A stretch of 6,220 bases of DNA from a virus (lineage: Duplodnaviria > Heunggongvirae > Uroviricota > Caudoviricetes). A model generated the notes under the pieces. The model saw only the letters and a program-made list of their open reading frames with translations. It ran no database searches and was not told where the DNA came from. Of the stretch, positions 1-6,220 are shown in pieces. The DNA is taken from IMG/VR virus record IMGVR_UViG_2657244971_000002. One strand, 5' to 3'. The translations under genes and the position numbers were made by a program. Position 1 is the first letter of the stretch. Each line of letters opens with the position of its first letter.

Positions 1-1305
1 CTGAGACAATACGGCCCGACCACTGGCAGGTTTGCCCTTAATCGTCCAGCCACGCATATCAGGGATCACGCCTGACGGATAAGCCGCTGCAAGTTTCGGG
101 TATGCAGATTTGTCAAAAGCCTGCCCCTGCATCAGGGCATAACCAGACGGAACGGTATCTGATGGCCACGGGATTGGTGCGCCGACTGGGTAGCTTTCTG
201 GTGGAAGATTTTTCGAGGTATAAACTTCTGCCCAGTCTTCCTCAAAACCATAGCCATCTCTTGAGGAACGGTAGAACAGACCTCCATTTCTGTAATGTGC
301 CTTCATCTGCAAGGTCCGGCAACTTCCGACTCCGGTATAGAAGTTAACCAGAATATAGGTGTCGCCAGAGCGGGTGACATTGTAAGCGCCTGATTCGGCA
401 TTCCAGGGAACGCCACCATCCGCATCGGCATATGTATCCGTTGCCCTTCTGGCAAAAGCAGCCACATGCGCGGCGGTTAAAGTAATATCTTTGGAACCAT
501 CAAACTCAACACCAGAAACCCGTCTTGGCGTTTGCAGCTTTGTTGCTGTTAATGCATTACCGTTCAGACTTGCGGACAGTTTGGTTCCAATAACCAGTTC
601 GCCGGTTGCGTTATCAATAGAAAACGGTCTTAATGTATTCCAGCCACCATAAACATCACCTTGATTGGTAAGCAGCAGGTGAGTTTTAGCGCCATCATTA
701 CGCCATAATGCACCATACTCCCCACCTATCATTCGAATCTGATTACCACCACGCGCTACAATTTCGTCTGTGGCAAAAAGTTTTTTGCACGACAAGTTAT
801 CGTTAACGATTAACGAATTAGACTCATAAAAACCACGCCCACTCTTAAAATCAAGGATAACGTCCGCCGCGATACATTCAGTCGCCGGATTTGTTGCCCC
901 AAACTTATAGATCGTATCATTAACAACGAGATCAGCACCAGGTGCGGATATTGACAGGCCATCTTCGATAAACGCAAAAACAGGGAAAGCTGCGCCATCA
1001 ACATAGAACACAGAGCGCAAATCATCGCCCTTATTACTCATCATTATTGAGTGGATGGCTCGTTCATTGTTTTGATATTGCCAGAACATTCCATAAGCAT
1101 AACGCCCCCTGTCAGTCCAGCCGCCAGGCATAACAAATCCGTTAAACTCGCAGTTATTCATCGGATCGCCTGCGGTTCGCGTTGCCGTGGTGATAATGAC
1201 CCTTGATGCCAGTTCGCTTACTGAGCCAGCAGAACGCATAACAACAACAGGGTAATATTTTCCAGATGTTGCACCTGCAGGAGCGTTAACCCGCACATAA
1301 CGCAT
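1..1305 (-). CDS. stf: Side tail fiber protein (lambda Stf family), partial; 3' end continues beyond window position 1
   Basis: Manual translation of the minus strand gives one uninterrupted frame from ATG at 1305..1303 to position 1 (435 codons: [28 protein letters not shown] ... [64 protein letters not shown]). The C-terminal stretch matches my recollection of lambda/E. coli prophage Stf proteins. Not in the ORF track because there is no stop in the window. No clear Shine-Dalgarno before the ATG. Confidence 0.8.
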   Translation of the reverse strand, partial: MRYVRVNAPAGATSGKYYPVVVMRSAGSVSELASRVIITTATRTAGDPMNNCEFNGFVMPGGWTDRGRYAYGMFWQYQNNERAIHSIMMSNKGDDLRSVFYVDGAAFPVFAFIEDGLSISAPGADLVVNDTIYKFGATNPATECIAADVILDFKSGRGFYESNSLIVNDNLSCKKLFATDEIVARGGNQIRMIGGEYGALWRNDGAKTHLLLTNQGDVYGGWNTLRPFSIDNATGELVIGTKLSASLNGNALTATKLQTPRRVSGVEFDGSKDITLTAAHVAAFARRATDTYADADGGVPWNAESGAYNVTRSGDTYILVNFYTGVGSCRTLQMKAHYRNGGLFYRSSRDGYGFEEDWAEVYTSKNLPPESYPVGAPIPWPSDTVPSGYALMQGQAFDKSAYPKLAAAYPSGVIPDMRGWTIKGKPASGRAVLSQ

Positions 1306-1549
1306 AACCGACACGGGCAGACTTCACCACATTCACCTCACGGATGTAGTCGCTGCCCATCGCATTCATGATGGCCCGCTGAAAGGGCAGTGTTTCCCAG
1401 CGCCCTTCCTGGTATGCGGATTCTTTCGGGAGATAGTAATTGGCATCCGCCCATTCAACGGCGGTCTGTGGCTCCGGCCTGAACAGTGAGCGAAGCCCGG
1501 CGCGGACAAAATGCCGCAGCCTGTTAACCTGACTGTTCGATATATTCAC
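1286..1549 (-). pseudogene. A: Terminase large subunit gpA, N-terminal fragment only (87 codons; intact gpA is several hundred residues longer)
   Basis: Translation [82 protein letters not shown] matches the lambda gpA N-terminus as I recall it, then diverges (ALCAG, stop). GTG start overlaps the Nu1 3' end as in lambda. Confidence 0.8.
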
Positions 1550-2069
1550 TCAGCAACCCCGGTATCAGTTCATCCAGCGCGGCTGCTTTGTTCATGGCTT
1601 TGATGATATCCCGTTTCAGGAAATCAACATGTCGGTTTTCCAGTTCCGGAAAACGCCGCTGCACCGACAGGGGGATCCCGTCGAGAATACTGGCAATTTC
1701 ACCTGCGATCCGCGACAGCACGAAAGTACAGAATGCGGTTTCCACCACTTCAGCTGAGTCTCTGGCATTCTTCAGTTCCTGTGCGTCGGCCTGCGCACGC
1801 GTAAGTCGATGGCGTTCGTACTCAATAGTCCCTGGCTGGAGATCTGCCTCGCTGGCCTGGCGCAGTTCTTCAACCTCCCGGCGCAGCTTTTCGTTCTCAA
1901 TTTCAGCATCCCTTTCGGCATACCATTTTATAACGGCGGCAGAGTCATAAAGCACCTCATTACCCTTGCCACCGCCTCGCAGAACGGGCATTCCCTGTTC
2001 CTGCCAGTTCTGAATGGTACGGATACTCGCACCGAAAATGTCAGCCAGCTGCTTTTTGTTGACTTCCAT
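1524..2069 (-). CDS. nohA: Terminase small subunit Nu1 (DNA-packaging protein), 181 aa
   Basis: Full-length translation MEVNKKQLADIFGASIRTIQNWQEQGMPVLRGGGKGNEVLYDSAAV ... SEYIEQSG corresponds to lambda Nu1 (N-terminal winged HTH) from memory. ATG at 2069, TAA at 1526..1524, 26-nt overlap with the A start. Confidence 0.93.
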   Translation of the reverse strand: MEVNKKQLADIFGASIRTIQNWQEQGMPVLRGGGKGNEVLYDSAAVIKWYAERDAEIENEKLRREVEELRQASEADLQPGTIEYERHRLTRAQADAQELKNARDSAEVVETAFCTFVLSRIAGEIASILDGIPLSVQRRFPELENRHVDFLKRDIIKAMNKAAALDELIPGLLSEYIEQSG

Positions 2070-2093
2070 TGTTCATTCCACGGCCAAAAACAG

Positions 2094-2215
2094 AGAAAGG
2101 AAACGACAAAGGCCCAAAAGCTCGTTTTCAGCACCTGTCGTTTCCTTTCTTTTCAGGGGGTATTTTAAATAAAAACATTAAGTTACAACGAAGAAGAACG
2201 GAAATGCCTTAAACC
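2094..2215 (-). other. cosB-like terminase-binding region (R-element repeats, probable IHF site) between cosN and Nu1
   Basis: Perfect 15-bp inverted repeat agaaaggaaacgaca (2094..2108) / tgtcgtttcctttct (2136..2150), 27 bp apart, plus a related tttccgttcttcttcg-type element near 2196..2211 on the minus strand. Position and sequence resemble lambda cosB R-sites (recalled). Confidence 0.6.
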
Positions 2216-2246
2216 GGAAAATTTTCATAAATAGCGAAAACCCGCG

Positions 2247-2258
2247 AGGTCGCCGCCC
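2247..2258 (-). other. cosN: 12-nt cohesive-end sequence (terminase nicking site)
   Basis: Plus strand 2247..2258 is aggtcgccgccc, whose reverse complement GGGCGGCGACCT is the lambda left cohesive end. Adjacent 2259..2274 cgtaacctgtcggatc is the reverse complement of the lambda right-end sequence GATCCGACAGGTTACG. Confidence 0.8.
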
Positions 2259-2457
2259 CGTAACCTGTCGGATCGCCGGAAAGGACCCGCAAAATGATAA
2301 TAATTATCATCTGCATGTCACAACGTGCATCTACGCCATCAAACCACGTCAAATAATCAATTATGACGCAGATATCGTATTAATTGATCTGCATCAACTT
2401 AACGTAAAAACAACTTCAGACAATACAAATCAGCGACACTGAATACGGGACAACCTC

Positions 2458-2643
2458 ATGTCAACGAAGAACAGAACCCGCAGAACAACAACCCGCAACA
2501 TCCGCTTTCCTAACCAAATGATTGAACAAATTAACATCGCTCTTGAGCAAAAAGGGTCCGGGAATTTCTCAGCCTGGGTCATTGAAGCCTGCCGCCGGAG
2601 ACTGTGCTCAGAAAACAGGTCAGACCAGATTGAAGCAATTTAG
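2458..2643 (+). CDS. ynfO: Small ribbon-helix-helix (Arc/MetJ-like) DNA-binding protein, 61 aa, YnfO-like
   Basis: ORF with ATG at 2458 and weak SD ggga 7 nt upstream. Arg/Thr-rich N-terminal arm ([11 protein letters not shown]), predicted beta-strand NIRFP, then helix / G-S-G-N-F-S turn / helix ([11 protein letters not shown]), typical of RHH folds. Position next to cos matches the Qin ynfO context (recalled). Confidence 0.78.
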
Positions 2644-2690
2644 ATAATCGTGCAGACTACGCCCCCTCATATCACATGGAAGGTTTATCT

Positions 2691-3101
2691 ATGGATCAGG
2701 TAGTCATTTTTAAACAAATATTTGATAAAGTTCGAAACGATTTAAACTATCAATGGTTTTATTCTGAGCTAAAACGTCACAATGTCTCACATTACATTTA
2801 CTATTTAGCCACAGAGAATGTTCATATTGTATTAAAAAATGATAATACAGTGTTATTAAAGGGCCTAAAAAACATTGTGTCTGTCAAATTTTCAAAGGAT
2901 AGGCATCTTATAGAAACGACCTCTAATAAGCTGAAATCCAGAGAGATCACATTTCAGGAATACAGAAGAAACCTTGCTAAAGCAGGAGTTTTTCGGTGGG
3001 TTACAAATATCCACGAACAAAAAAGATATTACTATACCTTTGATAATTCATTACTATTTACTGAAAGCATCCAGAAAACTACACAGATCTTACCACGCTA
3101 A
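2691..3101 (+). CDS. ydfO: DUF1398-family protein of unknown function, 136 aa, YdfO/YbcV-like
   Basis: Track ORF is 2676..3101. The internal ATG at 2691 is preferred because the SD-like ggaagg at 2678..2683 sits 7 nt upstream; the 2676 ATG has no SD. Family assignment from recalled similarity to Qin YdfO / DLP12 YbcV. Confidence 0.82.
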
Positions 3102-3109
3102 ACCATAAC

Positions 3110-3138
3110 GTCCGGCTTCTCTCACTCCTGAGCCGGAC
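3110..3138 (+). terminator. Possible stem-loop downstream of ydfO (8-bp GC-rich stem, 13-nt loop); weak or atypical terminator
   Basis: gtccggct (3110..3117) pairs perfectly with agccggac (3131..3138). Followed by tgcattggtttaataaaaa rather than a clean U-tract. Confidence 0.3.
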
Positions 3139-3200
3139 TGCATTGGTTTAATAAAAACCATCAACAATTGTGATTTAGATATTCGGAACCATTCAAATAT

Positions 3201-3223
3201 AACAAAACCCCGTAAAAACGAGG
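3201..3223 (-). terminator. Putative intrinsic terminator for gnsB
   Basis: Minus-strand RNA cctcg-uuuuua-cgggg followed by uuuuguuauauuu, about 30 nt downstream of the gnsB stop. Confidence 0.4.
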
Positions 3224-3252
3224 TTTATGGATAAATTTTATTATTGAATACA

Positions 3253-3426
3253 TCAGATTAAATTAATCTTGACATCATAGCTTTCAAGACCCGTCATTTT
3301 TTCCCGTGCGGTAAACTGAATACTGGTAACTTCTTTCCCGGTCTTTTTCTTAAGTTCAATAATTTTTTTTGTTATATATTCAGAAATATCTGCTTCTGCT
3401 TTTGTTTTTAAGTTTTCAATATTCAT
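3253..3426 (-). CDS. gnsB: GnsA/GnsB-family small protein, 57 aa
   Basis: Not in the ORF track (too short); found by translation: MNIENLKTKAEADISEYITKKIIELKKKTGKEVTSIQFTAREKMTGLESYDVKINLI. The FTAREKMTGLESYDVKI motif matches my recollection of E. coli GnsA/GnsB. SD gaggaa at 3435..3430; tandem ATGs at 3429 and 3426 (second chosen); TGA at 3255..3253. Confidence 0.8.
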   Translation of the reverse strand: MNIENLKTKAEADISEYITKKIIELKKKTGKEVTSIQFTAREKMTGLESYDVKINLI

Positions 3427-3474
3427 CATTTCCTCTTTTAGTCTGTTATGACTTTCCAGTTACACAGTAAGTCG

Positions 3475-3503
3475 ATTATATGGTGCAAACGTGTAAAAGA
3501 TAA
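3475..3503 (-). promoter_or_regulatory. Candidate sigma70 promoter for gnsB (perfect -10 TATAAT, weak -35)
   Basis: Minus-strand TATAAT at 3480..3475; weak -35 TTATCT at 3503..3498 with a 17-bp spacer; about 45 nt upstream of the gnsB start. Confidence 0.3.
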
Positions 3504-3597
3504 GATGAAACATCGCAATAATCAACATACGATAGTCTAAATTTTACACAAACAGACAAAGAGAATTTTCCTGAATTATCAATGCAATAGCATCAAA

Positions 3598-3828
3598 TCA
3601 ACTCAAGAGCCTTATTGCTGCTTCCAGAATTTCTTCTGAAGTAACATGTCGATCCGCGGCTACATAAATGACTTTATGATCTCCGGTCAGAGATGGAAAC
3701 CCTGCGGCCATTACAGTAAGGTGTGTTTTTTCGCCATTTGGATATTCACGCATGATGGTGTTAACTCCAGTCATCGCTGGCACTACCACTGCTGGTTCAG
3801 AGTTAAAAAAAACTATGATTTTTTTCAT
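3598..3828 (-). CDS. ynfN: Small protein of unknown function, 76 aa, YnfN-like (cold-shock-associated in Qin)
   Basis: Track ORF 3598..3870 begins at a TTG immediately after a terminator U-tract; the first ATG at 3828 (MKKIIVFFNSEPAVVVPAMTG ...) is preferred. Symbol inferred from position between cspI and gnsB (recalled Qin gene order). SD weak. Confidence 0.7.
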   Translation of the reverse strand: MKKIIVFFNSEPAVVVPAMTGVNTIMREYPNGEKTHLTVMAAGFPSLTGDHKVIYVAADRHVTSEEILEAAIRLLS

Positions 3829-3872
3829 GATGTTACCGTAGTATGTGAGTATCCATCGAATAGACACCAAGC

Positions 3873-3894
3873 AAAAAAGCTCCCGAAGGAGCCT
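3873..3894 (-). terminator. Intrinsic terminator between cspI and ynfN (UUCG tetraloop hairpin plus U6)
   Basis: Minus-strand RNA aggcucc-uucg-ggagcuu followed by uuuuuugc. Plus strand: a-tract 3873..3878, gctcc 3879..3883, cgaa 3884..3887, ggagc 3888..3892. The flanking A-tract could make it bidirectional. Confidence 0.6.
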
Positions 3895-4099
3895 TCATTT
3901 TCACTTTTTTAAATCCAACGACAGACGGCTGGCATTTAAGTATTGTGAAATATTATCAAATGTAATCATCATTGATTTACAAAAGATACATTTTGCCCCG
4001 AAAGGATTCATGTCAGAAACATCAAAAGATGATGTTCTATACTGGGAACCATGACAACACGGGCATCTAAAGTGAATATGGTTTGTAATATTGTCTACC

Positions 4100-4312
4100 T
4101 CAAAGCGCCACTACATGAACAGCGGCAGGACCTTTAGGTCCGTTCTCAATACCAAATTCAACTTCCTGATTCTCAGTTAATGTTTTGAAATCGTTGCTCT
4201 GAATTGCTGAGAAATGGACAAACACATCTTTGCTGCCATCTTTCGGCGTGATGAAACCAAAACCTTTTTCAGGGTTAAACCATTTCACTAAACCAGTCAT
4301 TTTGTTAGACAT
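4100..4312 (-). CDS. cspI: CspA-family cold-shock protein, 70 aa
   Basis: Translation [70 protein letters not shown] carries the RNP1-like KGFGFI and RNP2-like VFVHF motifs. cspA-like context aaaggtaataatt before the ATG and aatgactggt downstream-box-like sequence inside the ORF. Confidence 0.93.
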   Translation of the reverse strand: MSNKMTGLVKWFNPEKGFGFITPKDGSKDVFVHFSAIQSNDFKTLTENQEVEFGIENGPKGPAAVHVVAL

Positions 4313-4460
4313 AATTATTACCTTTTGAAGAAATTAGCCCTTGGGCAGAATGGTCCGAAAAAAATATCAGAGAGAAAAACCAACAAGGAAATCTCAAGAG
4401 GTACAAATAATAAAATTATAACAATGACTGCTTCAGATAAATTTGTAACAAACCAGAACA

Positions 4461-4490
4461 CCATTAACGCATGATTAACCACCCATAGCA
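4461..4490 (-). promoter_or_regulatory. Candidate cspI promoter (cspA-like -35/-10), giving a 5'UTR of roughly 140-150 nt
   Basis: Minus-strand TTGCTA (4490..4485), 17-bp spacer, GTTAAT (4467..4462); compare recalled cspA TTGCAT-17-CTTAAT. The predicted long 5'UTR is typical of cold-shock csp genes and contains a gcccaagggc element resembling the cspA upstream box gccgaaaggc. Confidence 0.45.
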
Positions 4491-4673
4491 AGGATTACTT
4501 TTGTAAAGAAAAACACAGCAATGAAAGAATAGCTTTATTTATTAATAAAACGTGTCATTCTGATTAAGACCTTTTATCTTACCCTTAAGATTTCAGGAAT
4601 TTTGGCTCATGGAAGAGTCCTTTTTATTTAAATTTTACATTCCGCGATGTAAATGTTCCGATTTAATATTACC

Positions 4674-5697
<1,024 letters not shown>

Positions 5698-5701
<4 letters not shown>

Positions 5702-5985
5702 ATATATTTATGATGAGGACGCTCGTGCTTATTGGCAGGATTTTCAATCTTAAAGGAGTACTGATGCTGCAGATAAGACTCAACTTTTTCTGACAATTTT
5801 TCTGCTACTTCCAGGAAGACTTGCCGGACGCTCCTTCTGGCTGCTGCCTCATAAAACTCCAGCGCAGCTCCTTCAACACGGTCCATGGCGACATCCAGGT
5901 CAAAAATTTCACCGTCAAAGCGTTCTTTGTCCTGTAAGGCTACAGTTACCGTAACTTTATTCTCAAAATTACGGACTCCTTTCAC
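5698..5985 (-). CDS. ydfR: DUF1327-like protein of unknown function between holin and endolysin, 95 aa; start uncertain
   Basis: ORF with GTG start at 5985. No in-frame ATG exists between the upstream in-frame stop (6072..6070) and 5985, and no clear SD. Family and symbol assigned from recalled Qin gene order essQ-ydfR-rrrQ. Confidence 0.68.
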
Positions 5986-6013
5986 AACCAGTTCATAGTC
6001 TTGAGTCGTTGGA

Positions 6014-6220
6014 TTACTCTCCTCTCGCAGCCTTACGCCTGTCTTCTTTAATCTTGAAATAAAGATTTGTCAGATACGTCAGCAGGCCAAAAACCAGGCT
6101 ACCCAGCACACCGATTGCAGCCCACTGTGACGGAGTTACTTTATCGAGTAACTGCAATGCCCAGAAACCAGCATTACCCGCCGATGTGCCATAGGCAACA
6201 CCTGTTGTTAACTTATCCAT
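6014..6220 (-). CDS. essQ: Class II holin, phage 21 S-type pinholin, 68-aa form; start codon abuts the window edge
   Basis: [68 protein letters not shown]: two TMDs (the first Gly/Ala-rich, SAR-like) and a charged C-terminus, as in S21 (recalled). The ATG is the last three bases of the window, so any upstream antiholin start cannot be seen. Confidence 0.9.
   Translation of the reverse strand: MDKLTTGVAYGTSAGNAGFWALQLLDKVTPSQWAAIGVLGSLVFGLLTYLTNLYFKIKEDRRKAARGE

Noticed and set aside
102-347. Plus-strand 81-aa ORF from the track
   Set aside because: Lies antisense within the continuous minus-strand stf reading frame, which has recognisable tail-fiber sequence; no SD and no recognisable motifs.
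810-1025. Minus-strand 71-aa ORF from the track
   Set aside because: Out-of-frame overlap entirely inside the stf coding frame; Leu/Ser/Arg-rich translation typical of an alternate frame.
1588-2168. Plus-strand ORFs 1588..1950 and 1809..2168, and minus-strand 1928..2134
   Set aside because: All overlap the well-supported Nu1 gene or the cosB repeats in other frames or on the antisense strand; Ser/Arg-rich low-complexity translations.
2295-2357. 20-codon plus-strand ORF starting in the palindrome (MIIIIICMSQ...)
   Set aside because: No SD, start embedded in a probable cos or operator palindrome, low-complexity N-terminus; most likely chance.
2676-2690. Upstream ATG at 2676 as the ydfO start (141-aa form)
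   Set aside because: No SD precedes it, whereas ggaagg at 2678..2683 is well placed for the ATG at 2691. The longer form is not excluded.
3829-3870. TTG start at 3870 for ynfN (90-aa form in the track)
   Set aside because: The TTG sits immediately after the terminator U-tract (3873..3878) with no SD; the first ATG at 3828 gives a 76-aa protein with a typical MKK N-terminus.
3646-4054. Plus-strand ORFs 3646..3912 and 3845..4054
   Set aside because: The first is antisense to ynfN, the second crosses the bidirectional terminator hairpin; neither has an SD or recognisable motifs.

Overview
This window reads as the late-region/cos/left-arm junction of a defective lambdoid prophage of the E. coli Qin type. 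Every gene call rests on reading the translations and on recalled family knowledge; no database search was possible. Almost all genes lie on the minus strand, in lambda orientation: a phage-21-type lysis cassette (pinholin essQ at the window edge, ydfR, SAR endolysin rrrQ, spanins Rz/Rz1), then a cold-shock moron cassette (cspI, ynfN, gnsB), then a convergent plus-strand pair ynfO (RHH) and ydfO (DUF1398), then an intact lambda-type cos site, an intact Nu1 small terminase, a terminase A fragment of 87 codons, and a side-tail-fiber ORF that runs off the window start. The stf ORF (1..1305, minus) and gnsB (3253..3426, minus) are absent from the supplied ORF track and were found by direct translation. 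The ORF track evidently allows GTG/TTG starts, so several listed starts were re-evaluated. I found no CRISPR array, tRNA, rRNA, or transposase. I do not see a clearly novel system; the best candidates for uncharacterised biology are the ynfO-ydfO pair and the cspI-ynfN-gnsB cassette with its terminator checkpoint.
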